Shown one piece after another: positions 8,495 to 17,220 of a stretch of 64,000 nucleotides of DNA. Positions within the stretch are counted from its first letter, which is position 1. Every line of letters begins with the position of its first letter. The translations under genes were made by a program, and so were the position numbers. Source of the DNA: Candidatus Peribacteraceae bacterium (GTDB taxonomy: Bacteria; Patescibacteriota; Gracilibacteria; Peribacterales; Peribacteraceae); NCBI GenBank assembly GCA_041666245.1, contig JBAYHG010000008.1, positions 16,049-80,048 of the forward strand, given 5' to 3'. A model generated the notes under the pieces. The model did no database searches, was not told the origin of the DNA, and saw only the letters and a program-made list of their open reading frames with translations.

Positions 8495-8848
8495 CTAATT
8501 GAGGGCGACGACTTTGGCTCCTTGTGTTGGCCACAGAGGGACATCTCTGGGAGCCAGCACCTCAACATGAGCCGTACGGTCCTCGATCCAGGTCAGCTTC
8601 ACCGTGATGAAGCCCGCAATGATCACCGTTTGATCAAGCTTGCGAGTGAAGACCAATGGACCCTTGCGACAGTTCTTCCCTGCGGCGGGAACTTCCCCCC
8701 GGCAAACGGGGAGATAGGGAGCACGGATCAACACTTTGATCCTCGTCGCTCCGACTGAAGCAACAGTCACTCTGGACTTTCGACCGATCCGGATTTCGGA
8801 GCCCGCAGGACATGTGAATGTGCTGGGCAAGAAATCAGATGTGACCAT
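8495..8848 (-). CDS. Two-domain (fused tandem) CsrA-like protein, 117 aa
   Basis: ORF 8495..8908. Start placed at ATG 8848, which is preceded by GGAGG (8858-8862) in a string paralogous to the csrA leader. Half 1 (SEIRIGRKSRVTVASVGATRIKVLIRAPYLPVCRGEV) and half 2 (PLVFTRKLDQTVIIAGFITVKLTWIEDRTAHVEVLAPRDVPLW) both align to the neighbouring CsrA. Confidence 0.55.
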   Translation of the reverse strand: MVTSDFLPSTFTCPAGSEIRIGRKSRVTVASVGATRIKVLIRAPYLPVCRGEVPAAGKNCRKGPLVFTRKLDQTVIIAGFITVKLTWIEDRTAHVEVLAPRDVPLWPTQGAKVVALN

Positions 8849-8970
8849 GTCGCAAATCCTCCATGAAAGGAGCAGGATCCTTCTCTCCCCTTCCATGCGT
8901 GCAAGCACGCCGCGTCTTCATGACGCTACTGAGGAGATACGGACTGCGAGAATACTAGAGGACTAATGCT

Positions 8971-8999
8971 AAATAATCAAGTTTTATTATATTTGTCAA
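8971..8999 (-). promoter_or_regulatory. Sigma70-like promoter candidate for the CsrA-like gene
   Basis: Minus strand reads TTGACA (8994-8999), a 17-nt spacer, then TTATTT (8971-8976), within an AT-rich gap. Confidence 0.3.
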
Positions 9000-9024
9000 A
9001 TATAGAGATTATGGCTATTTAAAA

Positions 9025-9054
9025 GAAAAAAACCGGCGGGATGAGCCGCCGGTT
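9025..9054 (-). terminator. Intrinsic terminator of csrA
   Basis: 8-bp stem accggcgg (9032-9039) / ccgccggt (9046-9053), loop gatgag. On the minus strand the stem is followed by a run of 7-8 T. Confidence 0.75.
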
Positions 9055-9105
9055 TCCTCAGGCCTAGGCCTGAAATTCGTTTTCTCTTCTCGCCCATCCG
9101 GACCG

Positions 9106-9324
9106 TCAATCCACGGGCTCTCCGGAGGACGCGGAATCAGGCGGAGATTGGGGTGCTCGAGGAAGTCCGGCAGACGTGCCTATGAGCTCGCTACGTACGA
9201 TGGGCACTTCAACTGGAGCCTCGATGCCGAGGCGCACGTGGCGACCCTTCACCTCGAGGACCGTGACAGTAATGCCTGAGCCGATCTGAATCTTTTGATC
9301 GGCTTTCCGTGTGAGGACCAGCAT
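9106..9324 (-). CDS. csrA: Carbon storage regulator CsrA (RNA-binding translational regulator), 72 aa
   Basis: MLVLTRKADQKIQIGSGITVTVLEVKGRHVRLGIEAPVEVPIVRSELIG matches the CsrA consensus (MLxLTRK ... GIxAPxxVxxxRxE). ATG 9324 is preceded by GGAGGG (9331-9336). Confidence 0.85.
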   Translation of the reverse strand: MLVLTRKADQKIQIGSGITVTVLEVKGRHVRLGIEAPVEVPIVRSELIGTSAGLPRAPQSPPDSASSGEPVD

Positions 9325-9357
9325 TGCAAACCCTCCATTGTTGGGACCAGACCGAGT

Positions 9358-9406
9358 ATAACTCACGGCACAGGCAAGGTATCTCCTTGCGTCCGCCGTG
9401 AGTTAT
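9358..9406 (-). promoter_or_regulatory. csrA leader hairpin carrying GGA motifs (candidate CsrA binding/autoregulation site)
   Basis: Minus strand: ATAACTCACGGC-GGAC-GCAAGG-AGATA-CCTTGC-CTGT-GCCGTGAGTTAT. There is a 12-bp outer stem and a 6-bp inner stem. GGA occurs in the internal loop and at the apical stem/loop junction, ~20 nt upstream of the SD. Confidence 0.4.
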
Positions 9407-9564
9407 CGGGCAAGTGTGAGAGAACGGCTCCCAAACAGAGTCTGGGAGGCCGGCATTCTAAAGCGAGAACAAAAGGAGTAAAGCCAAATACAGTGAAATC
9501 GCTGCATCGCTAGAGAGTCAGGAAACGTCGTGGTAGGATTTTGCCACTCTTCCCCTTCACTCTC

Positions 9565-10629
9565 ATGGATCTTGCCGGCATCAAGAAACTCCTCGGTGAC
9601 GAGGCACACAATCTCCTCTCCCACAAATGCACGACAATTTCCAAGGAGCGACTGCACCTCCCCGGCCCCAAGCATATGGAGGATACGTTTAAAATATCGG
9701 ACCGCTCCGCGACCGTGCAGAAGAATCTGAAGACACTCTACGGGCACGGACGGCTCGGCGGCACGGGTTACCTCAGCATCCTCCCGGTGGATCAGGGCAT
9801 CGAACACTCCGCCGGAGCATCATTCTCGAAGAATCCCGACTACTTCGACCCGGAGAACATCGTGAAACTGGCACTGGAAGGCGGCTGCAACGCCGTTGCT
9901 TCGACCTACGGAGTTCTTGGTGCAGTAGCCAAAAAGTACGCATCGAAGATCCCCTTCATCGTGAAGATCAACCACAACGAGCTCATGACGTGTCCGAACA
10001 AATTCGACCAGATCATGTTCGGCACAGTGCAGGAGGCGAAGGACATGGGAGCACTGGGCGTCGGCGCCACGATCTACTTCGGGTCGGCGGAATCTGGCAG
10101 GCAGATCGTGGAGGTGGCGCAGGCCTTCGCGCAGGCGCACAAGCTCGGCTTGTTCACCGTGCTCTGGTGCTACCTGCGAAACAAGGAATTCAAGAAGGAC
10201 AAGGACTACCACGTCTCCGCGGATCTCACGGGGCAGGCCAACCACCTGGGCGTCACGATGCAGGCGGACATCATCAAGCAGAAGCTCCCGGAGAATAACG
10301 GCGGGTTCAAGGCCGTGAGTCCGGAGGGCAAGTACGGCAAATTCGACGAGCGCATGTACACAGACCTCATCACCGATCATCCCATCGATCTCGCGCGCTG
10401 GCAGGTGGCCAATTGCTACATGGGCAGGATCGGCCTCATCAATTCCGGCGGCGCCAGCGGCAAGAATGACCTCGCGCAGGCCGTGAAGACGGCCGTAATC
10501 AATAAGCGCGCAGGCGGCACGGGTCTCATCTGCGGCCGCAAAGCATTCCAGAAGCCCATGGACCAGGGGGTGGAGCTGCTCCATGCCATTCAGGACGTCT
10601 ACCTGTGCAAAGACGTTACTGTCGCGTGA
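9565..10629 (+). CDS. fbaB: Class I fructose-bisphosphate aldolase (FbaB/DhnA type)
   Basis: Near-colinear with E. coli FbaB as I recall it: [69 protein letters not shown] at 9565; TGA stop at the conserved C-terminus. Confidence 0.9.
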   Translation: MDLAGIKKLLGDEAHNLLSHKCTTISKERLHLPGPKHMEDTFKISDRSATVQKNLKTLYGHGRLGGTGYLSILPVDQGIEHSAGASFSKNPDYFDPENIVKLALEGGCNAVASTYGVLGAVAKKYASKIPFIVKINHNELMTCPNKFDQIMFGTVQEAKDMGALGVGATIYFGSAESGRQIVEVAQAFAQAHKLGLFTVLWCYLRNKEFKKDKDYHVSADLTGQANHLGVTMQADIIKQKLPENNGGFKAVSPEGKYGKFDERMYTDLITDHPIDLARWQVANCYMGRIGLINSGGASGKNDLAQAVKTAVINKRAGGTGLICGRKAFQKPMDQGVELLHAIQDVYLCKDVTVA

Positions 10630-10718
10630 GCTACGACTTTTTTGCTTGAACTAGGGCTCTATGGGATTTGACACACAAATCATTTCAATTTTTAGTATAT
10701 TATGACAAGCTGATCGCG

Positions 10719-11072
10719 ATGAACTTCAACCGTGTCAGTGTCATAGGGATCATCAATACGAATGGAGAAGAAAATAAACCAGTGTGGAGATACCGTCAGG
10801 AAGCTGCGGATCTTTTGAAAGGGAGACTGAAACTGCTGGGGGTAGAGGATGTGTTCGTCGACGATTATAACGGAAAAGTGGATGAGGACACGGGAGAAGG
10901 GGGAACCTCGATCTGCGTCATCGGCATCCTTTGCTCGCGAGAGCAGGTTCGACGAGTCGTGGAGATTGCGAGAGACATGTGCGATGGTCTGTTCGCCGAG
11001 GTCGTCCCGACTGATCTGGTGGATACCGCGCAACCCGAAGAACCTCCGGCATTCGCCTTCGGAATGCCTTGA
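10719..11072 (+). CDS. Hypothetical protein (117 aa)
   Basis: ORF 10668..11072 with ATG at 10719 (MNFNRVSVIGIINTNGEE). TTGACA at 10668-10673 and TAGTAT at 10693-10698 lie upstream. No family recognised. Confidence 0.45.
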   Translation: MNFNRVSVIGIINTNGEENKPVWRYRQEAADLLKGRLKLLGVEDVFVDDYNGKVDEDTGEGGTSICVIGILCSREQVRRVVEIARDMCDGLFAEVVPTDLVDTAQPEEPPAFAFGMP

Positions 11073-11227
11073 AAAATCTCCGCCTCCAAGCTGCTGGAGT
11101 GAATGCGAGGGGAGATAATACCGCAGTTTTCCGCAGGGGGAAGGTAAACACCGGTACAAAAGCAAGGATGCATTTGACCGTGGAGACACAGACGGTATCG
11201 TACCGGCCTTCATTCTTTCCCTTCTCC

Positions 11228-11668
11228 ATGCCACCACTCAACGAGGCACAGAAACCTTGGTACTACTCCGCCAACTCGTACAGCGCGAAAATCGCCGGTC
11301 GTCCCAAGGAAATCGAGAGAGAAGATATTCCCGGTAACGTACAGCAGAGGCTTGATACTGCCGGTCTCCTGGCCGTGGCCCGCCCTTTTGATAATCAGTC
11401 GCGCACCTTCCGCATCGAAACCCACCGAGAGGTGACCTGCGACCAACTTGCTCAGGCACTCAAAGGTCTCCCCGTGCATCTCCAACTGACCCCCACCGCC
11501 CTATCGATGTGCTCCGGAGATCCTAAGGTGCTGGCAGGACTTGCGGCGGGGAGGCAATCCGAAGCGTCTGCTGTCGCAACTGAAGGGCCGGTGATCATCC
11601 CATTTGCACAGCCGAACACAACGGAAGAAGCAGGAACGACGGAAGAAGCCGCGGAGGGTGGAGCCTGA
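11228..11668 (+). CDS. Hypothetical protein; start uncertain (11168 or 11228)
   Basis: ORF 11069..11668. The N-terminal part of the ORF is Arg/Gly-rich. MPPLNEAQKPWYYSANSY begins at 11228. No family recognised. Confidence 0.35.
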   Translation: MPPLNEAQKPWYYSANSYSAKIAGRPKEIEREDIPGNVQQRLDTAGLLAVARPFDNQSRTFRIETHREVTCDQLAQALKGLPVHLQLTPTALSMCSGDPKVLAGLAAGRQSEASAVATEGPVIIPFAQPNTTEEAGTTEEAAEGGA

Positions 11669-11718
11669 GCACACGTCGAACTCCTCGGGTTCTTCAGTAT
11701 TCCTCTCTCCGGGCAGCC

Positions 11719-13017
11719 TCAAACCCTCAGGTGTTCTCGGTTCACATACCACTGCTGCCCGATGCCGAAGAGCGTGGAAACGCCCCAGTAGAGCGAGACG
11801 GCGGCGGGGAACTTGATGGCAAAGAAACCGATCATGAGCGGCATCATGTAGAGCATCACCTTCTGTTGCGTCTGCATGGCGGAAGCGGGCGCAGGCGGCT
11901 TGCCACTCGCAGCAGCCTTCTTCGCCTGCTTCTTGTCCGAGATGGAGAAGGCCATCTTCATCTGGAGGAACTGCAGAATGACGAGCGTGACGGGGAAGAT
12001 GATGACTTCCGGCTGCAGGAGATTGAGACCGAAGAAATTGGTGCCGAAACGCCACGGCAGATCCTGGTACATCGGATAAATGAGGTGTCGTGAGAGTTCC
12101 AGCACCGACCCGTCGCGGATGACGTAGAAGAGACCGATGAGGATCGGCAGCTGCACGAGCGTCGGCAGGCAGGTCTGGAACGGATTGATCTTGTGCTCCT
12201 TCCAGAGCTTCATCGTCTCCTCCTGCTGGCGCTTGGCATCATTCGGAAATTGCTTCTTCAGCTCGTCGAGCTTCGGCTGCAGCATCTGCATCTTCCGCTG
12301 TCCCTCCAACGCGTGCTGCGTGGGGAAGAAGAGGAGAAACTTCACGAAGAGCGTGAGGATGACGATGGCGACGGCAAGGTTGTGATTGGGAACGATGGAC
12401 GCGATGAAGATGAGAAGATTCAGGAACGGCTTCGTGACGAACGTGCGGAAGAGCTTCGTCATGGCTCCCGGCTCACTCAGCGTGAACCGCGCTGAGAGCG
12501 TCTGTTGAGGTTGGATCTTTTCTCCTGTGGGTGACACGAGTGTCCGATCCAGCCCCACACCGGCGAGAGCCCCTGTCTGGCCGTAGACCGGCAGGCGAAC
12601 CTCATAGATGCCCGTTCGCGAGAAAACGGAGAACTGCCACGGTGAGAGGGGAAGCTGTGCCTGCTTATGGGCCGCGACACTTGCAGCGGGAGGAACGCAG
12701 GGGACGGCATTCTGCGACGACGTGATGGAGGAGAGCTTCTCTCCGCTGCCGGACCCCTCCACGAAGAAGATATCAGCGGGCGGGTTAGGACAGCGGTCTA
12801 TCAAGAACACCCCTGTCTGGGTACCGTTCTTAAGGGTGAGAATGGGATGATGACCCACAGTAATGCCTGGCACCGTGAGCGTGAGCGATCCGGGACCTTG
12901 CTGCTGCGTCTGCGGAAAGAAGGTGCGCAGGATGAGCTGGCTCCCCAGGTACACGATGGCGAAAATCAGCGCGAACTGGAAGAGCGAGGACGATCGTTTG
13001 GGGGCAGGGGCGGCCAT
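11719..13017 (-). CDS. yidC: YidC/Oxa1-family membrane protein insertase
   Basis: Conserved core: LAVAIVILTLFVKFLLFFPTQHALEGQRKMQMLQPKLDELKKQF, KEHKINPFQTCLPTLVQLPILIGLFYVI, YMMPLMIGFFAIKFPAAVSLYWGVSTLFGIGQQ. Confidence 0.9.
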   Translation of the reverse strand: MAAPAPKRSSSLFQFALIFAIVYLGSQLILRTFFPQTQQQGPGSLTLTVPGITVGHHPILTLKNGTQTGVFLIDRCPNPPADIFFVEGSGSGEKLSSITSSQNAVPCVPPAASVAAHKQAQLPLSPWQFSVFSRTGIYEVRLPVYGQTGALAGVGLDRTLVSPTGEKIQPQQTLSARFTLSEPGAMTKLFRTFVTKPFLNLLIFIASIVPNHNLAVAIVILTLFVKFLLFFPTQHALEGQRKMQMLQPKLDELKKQFPNDAKRQQEETMKLWKEHKINPFQTCLPTLVQLPILIGLFYVIRDGSVLELSRHLIYPMYQDLPWRFGTNFFGLNLLQPEVIIFPVTLVILQFLQMKMAFSISDKKQAKKAAASGKPPAPASAMQTQQKVMLYMMPLMIGFFAIKFPAAVSLYWGVSTLFGIGQQWYVNREHLRV

Positions 13018-13379
13018 GAAGACGGAAGGGAAGAAAGGAACGTACGGACGTCGTGCTGGATGTCTGCAAAAGGCGCTTCCAGACTAGAGGAACGCGGGGA
13101 GATCAACAACTGGACAGTGGCGACACTTTGAACTCCCTGTAGCTCGGTGCGCCAAGCCTCCCTGCAGCGCCTGCGCATGCGGTTTCGCACGACGGCGGAC
13201 TTGTGAAGCTTCGTCGAGGCCAACAGGCCGATATACACCGCGGAAACGTCCGGATTGACCCGCGGGTCGCGCGGAGCTCCGGGGACGAAGCGGATGAGCA
13301 TCGTACGACCCTTCCAGACCCTGCCGAGTCGGAGAACACGATCACAGACTTTCCTGCCGCGGAGTCGGGAGAGTTTCAC
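12966..13379 (-). CDS. rnpA: RNase P protein component
   Basis: GTG start. KLSRLRGRKVCDRVLRLG and KSAVVRNRMRRRCREA match the RnpA RNR-type basic motif. It lies directly upstream of yidC, overlapping its start by 52 nt. Confidence 0.7.
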   Translation of the reverse strand: MKLSRLRGRKVCDRVLRLGRVWKGRTMLIRFVPGAPRDPRVNPDVSAVYIGLLASTKLHKSAVVRNRMRRRCREAWRTELQGVQSVATVQLLISPRSSSLEAPFADIQHDVRTFLSSLPSSWPPLPPNDRPRSSSSR

Positions 13380-13389
13380 AGAGGATAGT

Positions 13390-13490
13390 ATGGAGTACGT
13401 AGTACAAAGTACAAAGTTCGCAGTATGATATATATATAACTCTGGGCTACATACTGCGTACTACGTACTATATACTTCGCTCCGCTCCAT
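13390..13490. repeat. Tandem-word fold-back repeat (7-nt words AGTACNN) in the divergent rnpA/gatC gap
   Basis: Left arm: atggag tacgt agtacaa agtacaa agttcgc agtatg. Right arm: catactg cgtacta cgtacta tatactt cgctccgctccat. Outer 6 bp and inner 8 bp are perfectly complementary; the loop contains atatatatataac. Confidence 0.55.
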
Positions 13491-13510
13491 ATCTTCACTC
13501 TCACAATGAA

Positions 13511-13807
13511 ATGTCCCATCTGAATCCCGAACAAGTCCGGCATATCGCGAAGCTCGCACGACTCCGTCTCTCGGACGAAGAAGTGGCGAAGTTCGCCCCC
13601 GAGCTGAGCTCTATCCTCGGTTACGTGGACAAGCTCTCAGAGGTGAATACGGAAGGTGTGGAGCCGACCGCACAGATCACAGGACTCTGCAATCGTTCCC
13701 GCGCCGATGACATCCGGAATGACATCGCGACACCGGATGCACTCCTCGCGACGAGCCCCCTGCCGATCGCAGACCATCAAATCGTCACGCCTTCCGCCCA
13801 TGGATAA
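13511..13807 (+). CDS. gatC: Asp/Glu-tRNA(Asn/Gln) amidotransferase subunit C
   Basis: MSHLNPEQVRHIAKLARLRLSDEEVAKFAPELSSILGYVDKLSEVNTEGVEPT is a typical GatC. The stop overlaps the gatA start (ATGGATAA). Confidence 0.9.
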   Translation: MSHLNPEQVRHIAKLARLRLSDEEVAKFAPELSSILGYVDKLSEVNTEGVEPTAQITGLCNRSRADDIRNDIATPDALLATSPLPIADHQIVTPSAHG

Positions 13808-15260
13808 GCTCTCGACCCTCACGATCGCACAGGCTCATGACAAACTCCGCACGAAGGAGATCTCCGCCGTTGAGTTGCTGCAATCCTGCATCGAACGCGT
13901 CGAGAAAATAGACAAAACACTCAATGCTGTCGTGCATCGAAATTTTGAGAGAGCCCTGACCGAAGCCAAGAAGATCGACGCGAAAGGGGATTTTTCGAAG
14001 CCCCTCATGGGTATCCCCTACCTCGCCAAAGACGTCTTCTGCGAAGAGGGCGTACCCACGACTGCCTGCTCGAACATCCTCAGGAATAAAGACTACATCC
14101 CGCCCTTCGACTCGACGACGACGAAGCGTCTGAAGGCCGCTGGCGCCATCAGCTTCGGCAAGACGAACACGGATGAATTCACCTGCGGGGGCAGCACCGA
14201 ATGGAGCTGCTTCGGTCCCTCGAAGTGTCCCTGGGATGCGACGCGCGTTGCCGGAGGTTCTTCCGGAGGCTCAGCGGCGGCCACGGCCGCGGACGAGTGC
14301 CTCTTCGCGCTCGGCACGGACACCGGCGGTTCGATTCGCCAGCCCGCGAGCTACTGCGGATGCACCGGCATCAAGGTGACGTACGGCCGCACGAGCCGCT
14401 CCGGGGTGATGAGCTTCGCGAGTTCGCTCGACTCCATCGGAACCCTCGCGAAGACCGCAGAAGACGCCGCGCTCATTTTGAAGGCGATCGCCGGCCGGGA
14501 TCCGCTGGACGCCACGACGGGCGACGCGTCCGTTCCCGACTACGCCTCGACCCTCGCGAAGGGCGTGAAAGGCATGAAGATCGGACTGCCGAAGGAATAC
14601 TTCATCGAGGGGATGAGCACGGACGTGGAGAAGGCCGTTCGTGAGGCGGCGAAGACGTACGAACGCTTGGGAGCGACGATCGTCGACATCAGCCTCCCCT
14701 TCTCCCCGTACGCGCTGGCGACGTACTACATCATCGCCCCCTGCGAACTCTCGTCGAACATGGCCCGCTATGACGGCGTGCGCTACGGCCACACCGTGAA
14801 AGCGCCCGGGAGCCTCCTGGAGTATTACGAGCGCGTTCGCAGCGAAGGATTCGGTCCGGAGGTGAAGCGCCGCATCATGATCGGCACCTACGCGCTCTCG
14901 GCGGGCTACTTCGACCAGTACTATCGCAAGGCACAGAAAGTCCGCACGCTCATCAAACAGGACTTCGAGGAAGCCTTCAAACGCGTGGACGTCATCCTCG
15001 CCCCCACCGCCCCGACTCCTGCATTCAAGGTCGGCGCCCACACGAATGATCCCGTGCAGATGTACCTGGAAGACATCTTCACTGTCCCCATGAACATGGC
15101 TGGCATTCCCGGCCTCGCGATCCCCTGCGGACAGTCCAAGGAAGGCCTGCCCATCGGCCTACAGCTCGTCGGGCCGCACTGGGGCGAGGAACGGCTCTTC
15201 CAGGCCGGTCACGCGTTCCAGAAGGCAACGGAGTGGCATGCGAGGAAGCCACGTCTCTGA
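13800..15260 (+). CDS. gatA: Asp/Glu-tRNA(Asn/Gln) amidotransferase subunit A
   Basis: Amidase signature region GGSSGGSAAATAA; MDKLSTLTIAQAHDKLRTKEISAVELLQ N-terminus; 486 aa. ATG 13800 overlaps the gatC stop by 8 nt. Confidence 0.95.
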   Translation: MDKLSTLTIAQAHDKLRTKEISAVELLQSCIERVEKIDKTLNAVVHRNFERALTEAKKIDAKGDFSKPLMGIPYLAKDVFCEEGVPTTACSNILRNKDYIPPFDSTTTKRLKAAGAISFGKTNTDEFTCGGSTEWSCFGPSKCPWDATRVAGGSSGGSAAATAADECLFALGTDTGGSIRQPASYCGCTGIKVTYGRTSRSGVMSFASSLDSIGTLAKTAEDAALILKAIAGRDPLDATTGDASVPDYASTLAKGVKGMKIGLPKEYFIEGMSTDVEKAVREAAKTYERLGATIVDISLPFSPYALATYYIIAPCELSSNMARYDGVRYGHTVKAPGSLLEYYERVRSEGFGPEVKRRIMIGTYALSAGYFDQYYRKAQKVRTLIKQDFEEAFKRVDVILAPTAPTPAFKVGAHTNDPVQMYLEDIFTVPMNMAGIPGLAIPCGQSKEGLPIGLQLVGPHWGEERLFQAGHAFQKATEWHARKPRL

Positions 15261-15282
15261 TCGGTGGACGTACATCTATGCC

Positions 15283-15376
15283 GGAGTGAGGAAAGAAAAG
15301 GAAGAAAGGAAAGATAGGGCAGAATAGTCTTCTTCGAGAAAATCCTTTCTTTCCTTTCTCCCCTCTCTCACTTCTC
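15283..15376. repeat. Tandem-word fold-back repeat (word GGAAAGA) in the convergent gap after gatA
   Basis: Left arm: ggagtgaggaaagaaaaggaagaaaggaaaga. Right arm: tcctttctttcctttctcccctctctcacttctc. It shares the 15-mer gagaaaggaaagaaa (as reverse complement) with 24229-24327. Confidence 0.6.
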
Positions 15377-15448
15377 ATTTTCCTTCGATCGCCTCCACCA
15401 GATCAACAGGCTCCATTTTCACCCTTCGACAGCGCTCAGGGTGACACC

Positions 15449-16396
15449 CTACTTTCCTTCGACTGCTTGAAGAAGTTCCTTGGGCTTCATTCGTAACTCT
15501 CGGACGGATTTCCAGAAGAAGTACCCGATGACGCCGAACGTCATGACCGGTGAAACCCACGCGGGAATGTGCACCCCAAAAGAGTCCGCCAGCATGATGA
15601 CGCCGAGGAAGAGGATGGAATACATGGCACCGTTCTTCAGGTAGAAATACTTCCGCACGCGTTCGATATTGCTCACCGTGATCTGCCGCACCACGATGGC
15701 ACCGAGACCGTTGCCGAGGAGAATGAGCGGCACGCTGAGCGTGAAGGCGAAGGCGCCAAGCACGCCGTCGATACTGAACGTCGCATCGATGACCTCGAGG
15801 TAGAAAATCTTGCTGATATCCGAGAGGCCTTCCTTCATCAGTTCCTTCTCGCCCTTCTCCGCGTTCTCCTTGAATCCGTGCGTGATGAAGAATGCGGTGG
15901 AACCAACGACGGCACCAAAGGCCATAATGGGATTTTGCTGTATCGCAAACCAGACGATGCCCGCGAGGATCACCGACACGACGGCAAAGAACCACACACC
16001 CTGCGTGAAGAAGAATTTCTCCCCGATGAGCCCGAACTTCTTCGGCTCAAGGAAGAGCCAATGGAAGAAGAGGAAGACGAGGAACGTGCCGCCGCCCGCG
16101 AGCAGGATCGGCGCGGAGGATTCGATGGCCTCAAGGACGTGGGGATCATTGGAAAATGTCGCCGTCAGCGAACCGAGGAAACCGAGCGACGGCACCGTCG
16201 CCCACACGATGAGCCACGGGAGGAATCCGCGGATGACGAACACGGCGAAGAGGATCCCCCAAAAGAGAAACCACTTCCGCGCGCGCTTGCCCATGGTCGA
16301 GAGCACCTCAGCATTGATGATGGCGTTGTCGACGGAACTGATGGTCTCGAAGAGGCAGAGACCTGCTACGGTGAGGATCATCGAAAAGACATTCAT
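15449..16396 (-). CDS. TerC/DUF475-type integral membrane protein
   Basis: ATG 16396 (MNVFSMILTVAGLCLFETISSVDNAIINAEVL). The ExxxSxDNAxxNA motif is typical of the TerC/DUF475 superfamily, and there are multiple TM segments. Confidence 0.65.
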   Translation of the reverse strand: MNVFSMILTVAGLCLFETISSVDNAIINAEVLSTMGKRARKWFLFWGILFAVFVIRGFLPWLIVWATVPSLGFLGSLTATFSNDPHVLEAIESSAPILLAGGGTFLVFLFFHWLFLEPKKFGLIGEKFFFTQGVWFFAVVSVILAGIVWFAIQQNPIMAFGAVVGSTAFFITHGFKENAEKGEKELMKEGLSDISKIFYLEVIDATFSIDGVLGAFAFTLSVPLILLGNGLGAIVVRQITVSNIERVRKYFYLKNGAMYSILFLGVIMLADSFGVHIPAWVSPVMTFGVIGYFFWKSVRELRMKPKELLQAVEGK

Positions 16397-16584
16397 CGCT
16401 CTCACTGTATCAGCCACGCGAAAAAGCCCGAAATTTGCACAAGTTCTTTGACACGAAGTGCGGTTTCCCCGTCGTCTGAGCGCCCATACGAAGCCACACT
16501 TGTAGTGCAAATTGCACTTGTATCCCCTCCCCTTGCCCCATACCGTCCCGTGTTACGAATGGAGATGGGGAACCTCATGAATCC

Positions 16585-16613
16585 TTGACATATTAGTAAT
16601 TGTAGTGTAGTAC
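16585..16613 (+). promoter_or_regulatory. Sigma70-like promoter placed for a leaderless or near-leaderless transcript
   Basis: TTGACA (16585-16590), 17-nt spacer, TAGTAC (16608-16613). The ATG at 16620 is 7 nt after the -10 hexamer. Confidence 0.35.
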
Positions 16614-16619
16614 AGATAC

Positions 16620-17210
16620 ATGCCAGGAGACGTTCTCGCCTTCGCCGGAATGGTCCGAGTTACCGGGATCGAGGATCCCGACAATCCGACGGCTGTTCTG
16701 GGCGCACAGGATTTCCCAGCGGAAATGAACCGTCCAGGGTGCCCCGATTGTCCCCATTTAAAGGGAGGAGGCCTTCTGAACGTCTTCAGAACGAGGGAGG
16801 GTTTGTACGCTCTATGCGGGGAAACGGACACCATCGCGAATGGCATGAATGTTGGATGTAAACACCGTCCTCTGAAAGCGTGTGGTCTTCAGCGGGCAAC
16901 AGCCGTCGTCGATGGTATGGCGGAGGAAGTCCGTGTGCTCAATGATGATGTCGTGCGAACGAACGTTACGTTTCACAAGCTGAAACGACCCGTACGCGAA
17001 GAGGAACTGGACGAGATCCTGGAGGAAGAACTGGTTCCCATCGCCCTTCACATCGCCCGAAAAACGACAGAGCTTCTCGATGATGAGCCGACAGGAACAG
17101 CCCGAGTCCAGGACATCATAAAGAAGATGCAGCTTGAACGGGCGACACCCCAGCAGCGCCGCTGGCTCCTGCGACAACTCCTCGAACTGTACAGAACTGT
17201 CGCGCAGTGA
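16620..17210 (+). CDS. Hypothetical protein with N-terminal Cys cluster (CPDCPH...C...C...C) and acidic/helical C-terminus
   Basis: 196-aa ORF with a promoter-like element directly upstream. No family recognised. Confidence 0.45.
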   Translation: MPGDVLAFAGMVRVTGIEDPDNPTAVLGAQDFPAEMNRPGCPDCPHLKGGGLLNVFRTREGLYALCGETDTIANGMNVGCKHRPLKACGLQRATAVVDGMAEEVRVLNDDVVRTNVTFHKLKRPVREEELDEILEEELVPIALHIARKTTELLDDEPTGTARVQDIIKKMQLERATPQQRRWLLRQLLELYRTVAQ

Positions 17211-17220
17211 ATCCATTCCG

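Noticed and set aside
8849-8908. Upstream extension of the CsrA-like ORF (MLARMEGERRILLLSWRICD)
   Set aside because: The internal ATG at 8848 has a GGAGG site in a string paralogous to the csrA initiation region. That SD lies inside the extension, so the extension is probably 5' UTR.
10627-10629. Alternative genetic code with UGA recoded (as in some candidate phyla)
   Set aside because: TGA terminates fbaB exactly at the conserved C-terminus and also ends several other well-conserved genes. No conserved gene needs in-frame TGA read-through.
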